A stretch of DNA of 62,865 bases, counting the filler, from Lenisia limosa (Eukaryota; Protista; Breviatea): assembly GCA_001655205.1 (NCBI GenBank). It is 8 parts of 8 records of this genome, joined end to end, with 100 filler letters (N's around TTAATTAATTAA, not from the genome) between each part and the next. Parts side by side here need not be neighbours in the genome. Positions count along the whole stretch, not along the records: positions 1 to 19,507 come from LPNZ01004860.1; 7 more parts are not named here. One strand, written 5' to 3'. Made by a program: the position numbers and the translations under genes. Under the pieces are notes generated by a model. That model was not told the origin of the DNA. It worked only from the letters and a program-made list of their open reading frames with translations, and ran no database searches. Below, in pieces: positions 1 to 13,800 of this stretch. How positions within the stretch are numbered: the first letter of the stretch is position 1; each line of letters starts with the position of its first letter.

Positions 1-108
1 TCTCCTTGTTTCATTGAGCCAATAATATGCAAGTTGCTTAACACGAAAGAAGAGGTTGGGATTGTTCATCCATGCCTTATCGTGGGCGCGGGACATGACC
101 TGTTTCAA

Positions 109-1123
109 TCAGTGTACCAATGCATTCGATCTCAAGAAAGACGGCAGAATAACCGCCCACTTCATCAAGGTGGTTCTTCCATTTTTTATCTGAAGAGTTC
201 TGTAAGCCGCCAGTATAAGAGTGTTCAGCCTGCAAATATGAATATGATGCGGCACGATTAAAAGCCCAACCGATGATTGAGGCACGAGGAGGGTCGCGTC
301 TTCAATGTTAACATTACCAGGAAGGTCAGCTTGTGGTCTGGGAGGAGGCGATGAACCCGCACCGTCAGTGAACTCTTCAGCCCTGAGGGTCAGAATACCA
401 ATAAAATAATAATAATAAAAAAATACAGTGCACATAAAGAAAACAGCTACCCCCCCCCCCCGAACNNNNNNNNNNNNNNNNNNNNNNNNNNNNNNNNNNN
501 NNNNNNNNNNNNNNNNNNNNNNNNNNNNNNNNNNNNNNNNNNNNNNNNNNNNNNNNNNNNNNNNNGATAGTTTGAATCGTCTAAATCGTCACTTTAGCTC
601 GTATAAAATTAGAACGAAAGCCATTTTTATGGAGTAAGTACCTCAGTAAGTCAAGTCTAGAGATGAGAACATTCGCTCTCTCCTCTCTGGCTGCTGTAAT
701 GGCCTCCACAACTAACAGAGCAGTAGGGGAAGAAACCTGGATTATCAGGCATGAATCATAGATACTGATGTAGAAATGAGAAGTAATTGAGTTTACGTCA
801 TAATTGAGCTTGTTTGATGGAACCACTGCTCGAACACTGTTGATTTCAGCTACAAGAGCTCCCGCTTCTTTCATCTACAGGGTAACCGGAAACTTTTCTG
901 TATCAGCAAACCTGAATTTCCGCCAAGACTTCTCTGAGATTGTCCAAAGCTGGCATTCCTTTTGTGTTAGCCAACTCAACCGCATGAATTTCTTGATTGT
1001 TTCCCATTTCATAGATTTGTTCCTGGGAGGTTAGTGGTACTTGAAATAGATCTTTCTTACTGGATGACGGGGATCAATTTGCATTGCAATCATTGCAGCG
1101 CTGAGAGACGCGCGAACCGCCAT
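109..1123 (-). CDS. Hypothetical multi-exon protein (MAVRASLSAAMIAMQIDPRHPEQIYEMG...); 3' end uncertain
   Basis: Exons join in frame across GT-AG introns, one with a CACTAAC branch-like motif; one intron spans an N gap. No family recognised. Confidence 0.5.
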
Positions 1124-1174
1124 TTCATACTGAAAAGTAATAAACACAGCTTTTTGAAAGTGAGGAACGGCTCA

Positions 1175-4100
1175 TTAAGGTTCTTTAGGTTGTTGACCTT
1201 TGAATATGGCCTATGTACATAGTTTTTTTTGGTACATTTTCTTGTTCTTAAGCCTCCAAACGCACCTGGTCCGGCCTCAACTTATGTTCCATTGACTCCT
1301 TGTCTCTTTTCAACGACTCAGCCGCTGCAGCTGCGTGGCGTTGTGAGAATGCTTCCGCCTCAGTTGACAGTTGCTCGTGGGTGGGTCCCAGACTGGCTTG
1401 CCGCTATGTTGTGACTTTGAGCTCAAATGAGCAGAGCAGTGCACTATCCCATTTTAAAAAAAAGACTTAATATAGTATTATGGTACTCTCCCCCTATACT
1501 GCAAGAATAGCTGGCATTGTTCCGTCTCTTTTCCGAATATCATAGCCTCGATACCTGAATTGTAAACTAAAGGTTATAAACGTACCACTCCTCAAATGAA
1601 CACTAACCTGGATTGGATTCTGACAGCAGCTTCACTGCGTCGCTTGTTAGCCAAGGCCCGGGCTCGCTGACGATCTGCGAATCCCCTGAAGGCAGCCTAC
1701 ACTGTAACCAAATATTGAAAGTTCTACACAAATATTTAATACCAATATAGAATTCAGTAGATTTCACTATGACGAAATAAATCAAACCTGAAGAGTTCTT
1801 GCCGCCGCTTCTGCTTCTTGGGGGTCGGCTTCACCCTGGATATGTCATGACAAACTTATTCTTTCATGACTGAATGCAAACCGGCAATCCGTCAGCGTTC
1901 GCATTGATATCGAGTTCCTTCAAGGCATCAGATTCAGCGCGCAAAAGCTGAACAAGAAGAATAATCAGATTTTATTATAACCTCACCTTTTCAGCTTTAT
2001 CGGCATCCATATCAACACCGGACTCCTGAATTGCAACTCCTCCCTCCTAATCGTTGAATGTTAATGATAAGAAAGCGTGAACATACTCCAGATTTGACTT
2101 TTGCCTTAGAGGCAGCTTCACGGACAGCCTGACTTCTGGCCTCCTGAGCTTCCCGTTTCTCGGCTTCAACTGTAATGTAAGAAGAGCTAGCGCGGAAGGC
2201 AAAAGGGGATCTATCCGCAGACTTTTAGCAGCTTCAACGGATAGTCGTTGTCTCTCCTCTTCCTCTCGCCGGAGCCTTTCAGCCTCCTCAAATGCAGTCT
2301 TTTCAGCCTCCCTTCTCCGGAGATCCCTTTCAATTTGTTTACGCTATTCCTGTGAAATGGCAAAGCAACGAAGGAATAGCACAGAATCCTAAAAAGAATA
2401 CATACCGTTTCGAACTCTTGGCGCGCAATGTGACCTCGAAAAGCGGACTGAATTGCAGTTGCGGCTTTCTCTTCCTTTTCATTTCCAGTCTGGATCACCT
2501 CTCCATCCTCACCAATAACCAAGACTGATGTACCAAGCTGAAGAGTTAAACAAAAAAGCTTCGGTTTTTTTACACTGAACTGAAATTTGATTGGAAAGAA
2601 CTTTAAAAATGTGTCTGCATTATACATTTAGTGCTCAATCCCCACCCACTACGCTATCGTCACCGGCAACAGTATCTTTGTCTTCACTTGAGTCTACCTT
2701 ATTTTCGGCTCTTGGAGTCCCCCAACCCTGGATAGTCAAAGACATTACTACGAAGGCTTACCTGACCAGCCTTGGGAGGCCTATTGCTTGGGGTGCCTGA
2801 ACGGGAGGTCCGCACAGGCCGGCGGCCGGACGGCGGCCGTGGCTCCGACGGCTGTTTATGGTGAATTCCGATATCTGTCTGCACAAAAAAGTCACCAAGC
2901 ATAGTTATATTGCTTAATTCAAACATTCGATGAGAAAAGAGTGTAGTTTCATCATAACAATTTTTTTAATTTGTGATCCTTGAAAATTTGTGTAGTAATT
3001 TTTGAGATAGTATTATTGAGGGTTTTAAAATCATAAAAACCTCTTTGAAACCATAAAAGAATTGTTGAATAAGACCCCTCCCCCCTTCCTCCAATGAGTT
3101 CTCAACTTTGAACTTAAGATCATTTGTACGCTTTGAAGAAGCCCTTTCAGACACAACAGTGAAACATCCACGTCATACACACCTTTTTGGGTCCAGAATA
3201 TAGTTTATCCGCCTCCTCCATTGTCCACTCCAGCGGGGAAGTGCGGCCGTGTGGTGGTACCGGCTGTCCTGAACTGAGAGGCCGCCGTCGAACTGAAGAA
3301 GGGGCAGAGGCTGGGAAGTAAGATGTCATACGGATATATTCTTCTAATTGAAAAAAACAAAGAGAAGTGACGGGGTGGGGGGGACAAACAATATCCCAAA
3401 AGAGAGCACCCACGTTTAGCTTTGAAGGAAGAAGATCTACGTGGGGGCTTCGCTGAGACTGGTGGGCGTGCTTGGGATGAGGATGGGAGACTACAGCGTA
3501 AGAGCCAAGCAAGAATTCAGCTCACCCTTGAGGTACAGGGAGGGCTTCAAGCTGGATTCGACGACCTACAGGCGCCGTATTAAGGTTGGGTGAAATATCC
3601 CCGGAGGATGTTTGAGAAGCTGCACGGACATAATTCGAGTCGAGCGGGTCAAGGTTTCTTGAGTTACTTCTCTTCTGAGGTTGGCTGATGGGCCGAATTT
3701 CACTCAGATCGGCAACTGACCCTGGACGAAGCTGCGACTCCGCCCTCTCAAGAGCACGTTCAATGGACACTGTTGTGAGATGCACAGGACCAAGGTGGCG
3801 ACTGGCAACGTGATGGGCGCGAGCATACGCCTCAACAGCCTCATCTTGCCGGCCAAGGAACTCAAGCTCAACTGCAGCATTGTGGTAGGCGATAGTCAAT
3901 AGACCAAGAGACTCGTTGTCAGGGTCTTGTGAAAGGTCCACATCTGGGTTGGCCTCCAACCATGCATCTTCCGTGGCGAGGGTGGAAATAGCCGTTTCAA
4001 GACTATCAAGAGCTGCCGGATGCCTTGGAGGTTAATTTGGGTTTGTCTTGTCTGCATAATTATCCTATCCTATGTACTATGTAAAAATGAAAACTAAAAG

Positions 4101-5307
4101 GCAGTTCGACACCGTGATAGCACCATAAATAATTTGATGCACAAGAAGACTGTTATGAATTGACCTTAACTTGCCCCTAGCTAATTCGTTGCATTTTTAA
4201 GCAATTTTTACTGGTAAAATAACCCATATCCACAATTAACATTTGAAGAGCAAAAAAATAGGCCTAATTAAAGGAAATAATAATACTATGCTAAGTATGA
4301 TATCATATCATATCAAATCAAAAATTATTCTCATTAATCTCTATTTCTGATGAAATTCTAGACTGTTTTCAAATTAAAAGGGAAACCTCTCACTTTTCAG
4401 CTTCAGTTAACAGAGCAGCAAGAGAAAGTTGTGTTGAAGCAACTCTTGTGGGGTCGACTGGCGAAGGGTCTTGCGCATCCAGTGATGCAGCTCGTTCTGC
4501 AACAGGTTATTCGAAGCACCATACGAAAACAAAATAGTTAGGAAAAATGCCGACCAAAGTAGTGAAGAGCCGTATGAAGCTTGTTTGTTTGCGCGCATAA
4601 CGAACCAAAACTGTTGAAAACTGAAGCTCTGTAGATATGAGTTTAAACTTCAATGACAACACCCAGAACTTCAAAACCAACCTCAATCGTTTCCTTGTTA
4701 CAGCATCACCAGGAAATTCGTTAGTGGAAGTCCACTTTTCACCTTTTTTTAAGAGTGCTGCAGCACTGGCTGTGTCACCTAAGAAGCAATGAAGGAAGCC
4801 CAGGCAAATGCTAAAGAAGAAATGCAAACCTTCTTCAGTAAGCTGCGCGGCAACTCTTGTCATTGCCTTCACCAAATCACTAGCAGCTCTGGGAACACGA
4901 GGATCATGAGGACCCCAGAGGTCTCGGACCATCCAAACAGCTCTTTCACGTAACTTAACCGCCGTAACAACATCTCCCTAAAAACACAAATTAGATCATA
5001 TTGTTTGGACATACGGTTTGTTCTGCTCTTTCAACTGAATCCAGCAGATCATCTAAAAGAGTTTGATTTGCCTGAATTATGAGAGGAAAAACAAAGAAGA
5101 CGCCATAACTGAATACAACACACTAACTTCTTCATCCTTGGGGTGAATGAAGCTTCTAGAGGCCGGATCTTGCTGACTTTTTGCTTTCCCATAACTAGGA
5201 ACTTTGTTTCGCATCACAACTCCTGTCTCTGGGGCAACTTCGCCCCATACTGACTTCTCTGGCCCATATGAACGAGTTTTTGCAGTCAAAGGTTGTTTAC
5301 TGGCCAT
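1175..5307 (-). CDS. TPR-repeat and multi-IQ-motif protein
   Basis: Spliced exons give TPR-like helices (FNSFGSLCAQTNKLHTALHYFERA; AYHNAAVELEFLGRQDEAVEAYARA..LGPVH) and IQ motifs (IQSAFRGHIARQ, LQAAFRGFADRQ, IQSRYRGYDIRK). ATG at 5307, TAA at 1175-1177; a few central junctions unresolved. Confidence 0.7.
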
Positions 5308-5601
5308 TTTTTTAGATGATTATCCACATCAGACAGCCAAGTGTCGTCTATACTGGCTAGTACATATTAGCAACAATACTAATCTCTCAAAATGCTGTTA
5401 TAATCAAACAAACAATATAATAAAATAGTGACAAAGTGACAACAACAGAAAAACAGGGAAAACAAATCAAGGAATAAGGAAATGAGAACAAAACTATATT
5501 TACGAAATTAAGATTAAGTGAACTGAACTGACCTCATCCATTTATTTTTTACCTTGAGTTTCTAATTTCTCTATCTCTTTAAACTCGTGGATCCAAGCAA
5601 A

Positions 5602-6555
5602 ATGGCTGACGTGAGTGCTGCTCGTAAGATTTTCAAGTCCAAGGTAAGGCTATTATTTGGAATGGATTTCAATATATTTTTTATATTATTTTCGCCTCAC
5701 TAGTGTTCTCCAGCTTCTTCTCACTTTTTAGGACGAGACCGTCTCTCCCCTTGAGAACGAAGTTGCTGGCCACCTCCTCAACTTTGAGAAGGCTTGCACC
5801 AAGGTTTGTTTCCTCAAGGTATTGTGCTATTAAGCCACATAGATCTCTTCTAAGGACCTCTACATCGTTGGTGCTCGTGAGTTCGACCACGAGGGCAAGA
5901 AGGCCGTCGTTGTTTTCACTCCCGTTCCTCTCACCCAGAAGTTCAACAAGTAGGTGCTTCCAGATGATTTTTTTTAAAATAATAATTTCTTGTTTCGTTT
6001 CTTTTGATTTTTTTGGGTTCGCTTGTGGGAGTTATTGCGGTTGTGTTTGCTGAGAAACCCTTAATATTTTAGGATCCACGCTGACCTTGTTTCTGACCTC
6101 GAGAAGAAGCTCGGCAAGTCTGTCATGCTCATCTCTAAGGTTTGTACATGGGAGTCTTTGGTGTTTTTTGACTTTTTAGAGACGCATCGTCCCCAAGCCT
6201 TCTTCCAAGAACCGCACTGGCCGTGTCATCCGCCCCAGAACTCGTTCTCTTGTTGGTTAACTCAAATTGTTGTTTTCCTTAACTTTTTAGACCTCCGTTC
6301 ATGAGGCTCTCCTTGACGATCTCTGCTACCCCCATCAAGTCCTTGGCAAGTCTACTCGTTACTCCACTGATGGTTCTCGCCTCCTCAAGGTTAAGGTTGA
6401 GGGTGTTCCCCGCCTGAAGGACAACGAGAAGCTCCTCCGCGCTGTGTACAGAAAGATGACCAGTTGGTTTTTTTTCTTATTTTTTGTGTTTAACATTTTC
6501 AGGCAAGGACATCGCTTTCGACTTCCAGCAGTCCATTAAGAAAAAGAGAGACTAA
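5602..6555 (+). CDS. RPS7: 40S ribosomal protein S7 (eS7)
   Basis: Seven exons splice to MADVSAARKIFKSK...KAVVVFTPVP...RRIVPKP...RPRTRSLTSVHEALLDDLCYP...GKSTRY..DGSRLLKV; strong codon bias. Confidence 0.95.
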
Positions 6556-6908
6556 GTTATTGTCTTTCTGTTTGGGTGATAGATTACGAGCACTCCATGG
6601 GTCGTGCATTGAGTAATAGTATTAGAACAATAGAAACCATTATACTCCTGATATTATTTTCTTGGCCGTATACCTTACTCTGGGTTTCTGGATTCTCTGT
6701 CACAGTAATCTCTTCCTGACTCTCCACTGGTGTATTGCACTGCAAGCAGTGAAATCTCGAAAATCTTGAATCTCTTTCATCCCCATGATTTTCATAAAAT
6801 AAAAAAAACTATCATTTTTCTTGAGTTCTTTTGGTCAACAACTTGCCAACTTGAATACACACGTGCAAACGCTGCAGTAAAACGTTGGGCTGATCTTGCA
6901 AAGGCAAA

Positions 6909-7819
6909 ATGTCGATGATGCAGAGAAAATCAGAATTTGGTTTCACTCCCAGACGTCCTCGTCGTCGTCAAAGGCCAGAATTATCTGAAGAGCAAGCACA
7001 GGAAATTAAAGAAGCGTTTGAACTCTTTGATACCGACAAGAATGGAGCTATTGGTTCGCAACGTTTTTTGTTTTCTCACCCTCTTGATACTTTCATGACC
7101 TTTTTCATTATTTTAGACTACCATGAGTTGAAGGTACTGCACAACGGTTTGATCTTTGCCCTCCTCGCTTTTCAATTTCTTTTTTTCATCATCCTAGGTT
7201 GCTATGCGTGCGCTTGGTTTTGACGTTAAGAAGAAAGATGTTTTAAAAATTCTGTCAGACTTAGACAAGGATGAAACTGGCCAGGTTGACTACAAAGAGT
7301 TCTCTGATATCAGTGAGGCTTTCCCCTTTTGTTCCCCTTTTTGTTGTTTTTTTTTTTGTTTTCTTGTCTCCGTGTTTTCTACTCCCCCCCCCCCTTTTTT
7401 TTTGGAATAACTGCTTAGTGACGGAAAGAATTGCTGAGAGGGACCCTATGGAGGAAATTTTAAAAGCCTTCCATCTCTTCGATGATGATGAAACTGGTAT
7501 GNNNNNNNNNNNNNNNNNNNNNNNNNNTGTTGTGTCTTTGCTTTGTAATTTAACAATCACATTTCTTACCCCCACTTTTTTTTTTTTTAGGCAAAATCAC
7601 TGTCAAGAACCTTAAACGAGTAGCGCGTGAACTTGGTGAAAACTTAAACGATGATGAGCTTCAGGTAGGAGGTATTTTAGCGGTTCAAAAATAATTCCAC
7701 TAGTTTGCCTTTTATTTTACTTTTTTTAGGCTCTTATTGATGAGTTTGATATTAATGGAGACGGTGCTATTGATGAGTCTGAGTTCCAGGCAATTATGAC
7801 CCAGTCAGCTTTTGACTAA
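6909..7819 (+). CDS. CETN3: Centrin, CETN3/Cdc31 type
   Basis: QEIKEAFELFDTDK..IDYHELKVAMRALGFDVKK...ERDPMEEILKAFHLFDDDETGKI..KNLKRVARELGENL; four EF-hands; canonical introns. Confidence 0.92.
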
Positions 7820-8014
7820 AGTTGTATGTTTCTAGTTGTTCTATTTAATTGTATAGTGTAATAGGTCTGTCTGATGTATAATGTTTCATTATTGATCAAT
7901 ACCATTTGAACAAGCACAACCAACAAAACTCAGTGGGCGATACTAAAATATTGTATCATAATCCAACTTAACCACTAAACTAAATTGGAAGAAACATTGA
8001 CCGAAGAAAAACAA

Positions 8015-8856
8015 TTAAAAAGAGGGCTTGCTCTGAAGATGGTCAAAATGAAGGGGGAAAATGGTGACAGTGTGATGACAAAAAGCACTTACATCAAAGA
8101 AGATTCTGATGGCAAAGATCTGAGAGCCGCAAAGAACAACATATAACATCAATTCCACAATACTCCACCACATAATTCGGGAGTTGGTGTCCTCAGCAGC
8201 TATAATGTAAAAAAGAAGCAAAAAGAAAGAAGACATACTGTTTCTATGGGTTCTTTCACGTCCGCGAAGGTATCTTTGCTGAGACTCAACGTTGGCCAAG
8301 ACATCAGAAATTCGACGAACGTTCAGTTCCAAATCACTGACAGTTTCTAGAGGTATTAGCCAATGCATTGAAGGAGGGGGAGCAGGGTGAGGGTCAAACC
8401 TGGCGTGGCAACAGCCTTGGCATCAACACCTCCAATATCAAGTGTCCAAGAAACAGTTTTGGCAGCAAAGGTTGAGATACGGTTGGAGAAGCAGAATTTA
8501 TAGGTTCCTGTGTTTCCAGTTTTAAAAGAATAGCGGCTGGCCTTTTCGCGATTTCCGTTAAAGAGAAGGTCTCCCGAAGGAGAATGAATCTAAATGTCAG
8601 AAAAGAGCTCATGGAGAAGCTTTCAAACTGTAGCATCAATATCAAGAAGACCGCCTGCAGTTACTTGGAAGACAAGGGTCACTGATGTATCTTCTAAACC
8701 TGTGAAACGCAACAGAGACAAAACAATAAAAACAAAGATTCTTCACAAACCTCTAATGTCCTCATAGAAGCATTGTTCCCTATGAGCATCCAAAATAATA
8801 GAAAAGGAGTGCACACTGAATGCACAAATGGCAAGAAGGAAGAAGAGAATCTTCAT
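8015..8856 (-). CDS. TMED2: p24/emp24 GOLD-domain cargo receptor
   Basis: Signal peptide, EQCFYE, YKFCFSNRISTFAAKTV, RGRERTHRN..EDTNSRIMWWSIVE, C-terminal TM segment with FF motif. Confidence 0.88.
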
Positions 8857-8990
8857 CTCAAGTCTCAATGAAATATTTTACTCTACTTAACTGTTCTTCT
8901 GTTCAAATTTGATGTGATCTTATACGCACGCAAGGCACAGGCAGCACAGGAAAAGTAAGGGGCCCAGCCACAGACCTTGGGGATTTTGAA

Positions 8991-9045
8991 GATCCCCAGA
9001 TCTCTGACAGATCTCCGACAGATCTCCAGATCTCTGACAGTCTCT
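8991..9045. repeat. Short tandem array of CAGATCTCYGA in a divergent intergenic region
   Basis: About five copies of cagatctc(t/c)ga read directly. Confidence 0.7.
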
Positions 9046-9207
9046 GTTTTTTGTTTGTTTTTTGCATTTTTTGTTTGTCTTTTCTGAGAGTCTCTTGATT
9101 TCTTATGATCTCTGTTGTATGATTTTCTTCTTCTCAATCTTCTTGTAGGATTTTGTTTAGTTGGAAACTGCAAAGAAATGTGAACTGTCCGATATATACT
9201 TTGAAAT

Positions 9208-10743
9208 ATGAAGTTTTGGCTCCTAATTTCTATTTTTTTAAACTTGTTCTGTGCAATATCAGCGTCTCATTTTAAGTTCCTTCTCTCCCCAGGTAGAAAA
9301 ACTTCTTTGGAAAGCCCCTTTTACTCTTCTTAGCACTTGATGGTGCTATTGTAGTAGATGCTCCGTCGTTTTGGTCCGCAGTTTCTTTCAGGCTGAAGTC
9401 CCTTCCAAGTATGGCAATAGTTTATCACTTATTCATTTCGTCACAGTACTCATTATTATTTATTATTTTCATCATCAAGTAGTAGATCTAGCAACAAATA
9501 ACAAAATAAGAAGCAATTAACTTTTAAAATCATGTTTATTTCCGCATTGAAGTTTTTCACAATATAGAAGAGTCTGTGCACGACTTACCGACCTTCTCAG
9601 TCTATTTTGTTGAGGAGAACTCAATTGATTCTATTCTGGACCAAACTCACGGCTTAGTGACATTCAACTCAATAAGGTGATGGGTTTGATGGAGCTTTGG
9701 GCGTATTTCTGTTGCTTTTTTTTTTTTTTTTTTTTTTTTTNNNNNNNNNNNNNNNNNNNNNNNNNNNNNNNNNNNNNNNNNNNNNNNNNNNNNNNNNNNN
9801 NNNNTACCAAACCCAGATTCTTCAAAATCCTGGTTGGTAGTTTTTCTAAGGAGATTTTTTTTCTGAAATTCTGTCATTATGATTCATATCACATTCATAT
9901 GCTATGTCGGTATGGGACAACAAATAACGATGCTAATTTTATTATATTATATAGTATATGATTTCTATCTTATGAGAAAATTTAAACCAGTTTCCCCTTC
10001 TAAAGCAAGTCTTTGTTGCCGATTGTCTATGCCGTTACTTTTTGGGAATTGCTCAGTCGAATACTCTACCATTTATTATATTATTCATTACGACCTAAAC
10101 ACATTTTATTACTACTAAACTAAATTATCATTCCTTTATATTTTAGGTCCTTTTTAGTAGTCTCTGACGAGCTATATGACATTGAAATTGAAGGTGACTT
10201 TTCCTGGCAGGTATGGAAGAGAAAGCCAAATTGAAGGTCAACTCTCAACTCTCAAAGAGATTGTTTTACTTGTCCAGATATCGCCATACACATATGCTCT
10301 CGGGCTTACACTGATCATAATGGTGAGTCGGGTTTGAAGCTGTTGTTTGTTTTTAACTTTGTAAGATGATTGGCGTCCTTCTGCTGATCACGTGCTTGTG
10401 CAACCAAGTCAGACAAAATCGCATCAATTCTGTACGCTTCATTTATCAGCTCGTCAGCTCATTCTATAGAATCCTTTTTCTGGTAATCCGAGTGGAAGTG
10501 GTTGGCTTCAACCAGCTGCTGCTGCAGATGTTCCGAATATGCAAAAAACAGGTCCGCCAAGTGTGCAACCGGGGTGGGGATGGCCGTCGGATCATAGCTA
10601 TCCTGGAGTCCCACAATGGGTCCCACCCAAAGTTCCGTCTTTTGCCCGGCAATACCCGACTTATGCTTCGGTGAGTCTTGTCTTTTTGTTAGCAACAACT
10701 CACTTTACAGTCCCGTCAATGGGAGACCAAAACTATGGTGTAG
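9208..10743 (+). CDS. Hypothetical type I membrane protein with Pro/Gly/Trp-rich cytoplasmic tail
   Basis: N-terminal signal peptide MKFWLLISIFLNLFCAISAS, TM segment YALGLTLIIMMIGVLLLITCLC, tail PSVQPGWGWPSDHSYPGVPQWVPP; GT-AG introns, one with an N gap. Confidence 0.6.
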
Positions 10744-10873
10744 TTTATTTATGTTTCTTTCTTTTTGCTTTTGTTTCTGATTTCTTTCTTAATGCAACAA
10801 CACACACCCTGTGAAGAATTTTTTTTTATTGGCTTTCCCCATCTGAAACAGAAGAAACTTCATTCAAACAAAG

Positions 10874-13800
10874 TTAGGCCTTACGACCAGTTGATAAAAT
10901 AACGTCAAATGCCTGGAAAATGTTAATATAAATATCACAACAAAGAAGACGCAGATGGGGAGGACTAACTTGTGGAGTGTTGGCCTTAATTGCTGCTCTA
11001 CACGCAGCAACCAGTTCCGCCTTTGCTGGTCCGACTAGATTTTCAGGGGGTTTGTAGGCACACAAACCAACCTCTTAATCGGGCTGATCTTTGGATCACC
11101 TGGTTAATCTCCTGGAAGAGTGAATGGTGTCAGAAAAAAAAGTCACATGCATAGGAACAACCTTCAAAGATGCTGTCAAGGACTCTTGGTTGTGAGCCCT
11201 TTTTCCATACTCATCCCCCAAGTGTCTGTTCAGTCGTTGAACTTCCAGATAAGCTTCAATCATCCCTTCCCTAAAATATGAAACTCAGCTGATGATTTTG
11301 TTACTTACATATGCATGCACATTCTTGCATCCTCTGCCTTGACCACTTCGGTTTTGACCGAACCGCTACTTTCTGCAATACCAAGTGTAAGGCTTAACCG
11401 TACTAGAAAAGTAAGAAATAGAAATGATTACAACTAAAAATGCCCACCAGAGGTTGTTTGTTCAACAGTAGTCAACGCATTTTTGATGGTTTGGGCTTCA
11501 AGTGGAAAGTCTGCTACTGATGACAGAGTTGAGATCTATAAAATTGATTTCTTTGAAAAGAAGTAATTGTCTCTGTTGAAACGAGCCAAAGCCGTCACAC
11601 CATCACATTTATAAAGGATAAGGGGAATAAATATTTACGTAGTATTTCTGATATGTAATGTATATCATATGACATATTATAGTATAGTATATGATAGTAG
11701 ATCCGAAATATACTATCATATACTATACATATGACTATATATAATATATATTGAGAGAGAGAGATCCGAAATAAAAATAGCTGGTGTCTGGCAGAAGCCG
11801 TCTGCACCTTGAAAACGATTATTCCACCTTGTATTATACAGAGATTGTGTGCTTTCCCTCCAACATACTTTCAAATACTCCGCCATATCTTGGATGATGT
11901 CTCCCGCCAATGCGGGTTCGTCAGTCCAGATACAAACCTAAATGGTAAAGGTAATTCAAGTCAATGATATACATGTATGTATATACTCCATAGCTACCTT
12001 TCCATCAGTGAAGAACTCCATTCTGAGAGGGCTATTGTCACGTTGATTAATGAATTGAAGTGTGAGTGCTTGGTCGGGCTGTACAGAAAAGGATCCGAGG
12101 AAACAACTTTGTAGCCATCCTATGATCTGCAGTTTAAGCCAAGGGAGGAGCTGAATATTTACCTCTTGCAAATGAGATGAGACCTTGAAAGAAACGTGAC
12201 CTGAAGGCGCCTTTACAGTACCCTTGATAAGAAGGAAAGACGAGAACTACAGCCATAAGAAAAAGCAGACACTCAACCACCAAACATATTTCCACCAACC
12301 TTTGGAAGACGATGGTTCAGCTCAAAGACATGAAGCTGAGTTCTGAAGAGATAACCATACAACACAGAGTGGTGAACAAGGCGCACTAATGCCATCCTCC
12401 ATACCCGTTTGGGAGTCCAACCATGACCTTAATAAACATGTCAGCCGCGATGTTGCGGGACGGAGAAAGGGTTATTCGACCTTCATTGGTGGGCTTATCT
12501 GGGTAAACAACATGCGACTCTCCTAAACAATAATAAAGTATGTTGTTAGATATAACTCACCTTCGAAAAGGCCCTCAGCAAGCAGAACAACACATCGAAT
12601 GACAGCGCTATTGTTTGTAGATACAACCTTGGAATGAGTCCAAGAATCAAAAACAAAGATCTCCTACCAGGTCAAGAGATCCATGACTTAAGTCGAATCG
12701 TGATGAAAGCTGAGTATCCGCGGGAACAAGCCCAGGGCCATTTGACTGAGTTGGTCAATGAGTTAAAAAAAAAAAAACAGTTATTATACTGTTTCCACCA
12801 CCGAAAAACAGTCCCCTCCCCCATCGTTATAATACCCATTCCGACTTTATCTTTGATAGCTTTGGCATTTTCATCGATGAGGCGAAGTTCCGCCAGAAGT
12901 TCCTACAGAATAAGTATAAAGGCAGTCAAAAAACGAACCTGCTTTGTTTGCGACACTTCCGCCAGTCGACTCTGGAAGAGTTAGTAAAGCAGATGAGGAA
13001 TATATAGCAATGAGATATAAAAAACAAGGTTGTATCTGACCGAAGCCGTCCACATCATCACGCTTATAAGAGATGTTGAATTATAGTGTTTAGAACTCTA
13101 TACAAACAGCTTTCTGGGTGCTTCCCCGTTTCATCTCACCTCAACTGCTTCTACCTCAGCGGCTGACACCACATTGGTTTGTTGGGGGGTTGAAAGAGGC
13201 TTCATTTCAATTTGGTCAATTCCAATAACTATATGTTTGAATATTCAAACAAACAGAAATGACGAGAGAAGAAAATCATAGTATCCCCCCTCCCCCCATA
13301 GCATACTTGTTCCAGAGGTAAAGGCAACAACCACTAGGTCTCCAGAACTCCCAGTTTTTTTGAGACGAATGTCAGTTGTCAAAACCCCTGCAACGCAACT
13401 GTCACCTTTGTACTTCGCTAACAATGTTCCAAGACTTTGATGACGGATCTGAAATCGTAACAACACCGACTCACTAGCAATAGAATATGAACCCTCTTCC
13501 TCTTACCTCAACCCTTCCACTTGCATATCCTATCACCAAATGATTGGTTTTTTCATTGAGATAGTTAAAACTAAATTCATTAAGATAATAGTTTATAATC
13601 AGAATCAAACCTTGCAAGCTCAACAACGTTACTTTTGCTCTTCATCCTCCAGAGAATGTTACCGCCGGGTCCGTAGACTCCCACTGTTCCATTGGCTAAT
13701 CCAAACCTGGATAGTCACAAGTAGAATGGAATATATACATGCTACAGCAGAACCCCTACCCATAGTTTCCACGGTCGAGGTTGACCAGACTGCATGTTGC

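Noticed and set aside
6585-6790. Minus-strand open frame with CLQC between RPS7 and centrin
   Set aside because: No start codon or convincing upstream exon, and little room for a promoter; a single CxxC is not enough support.
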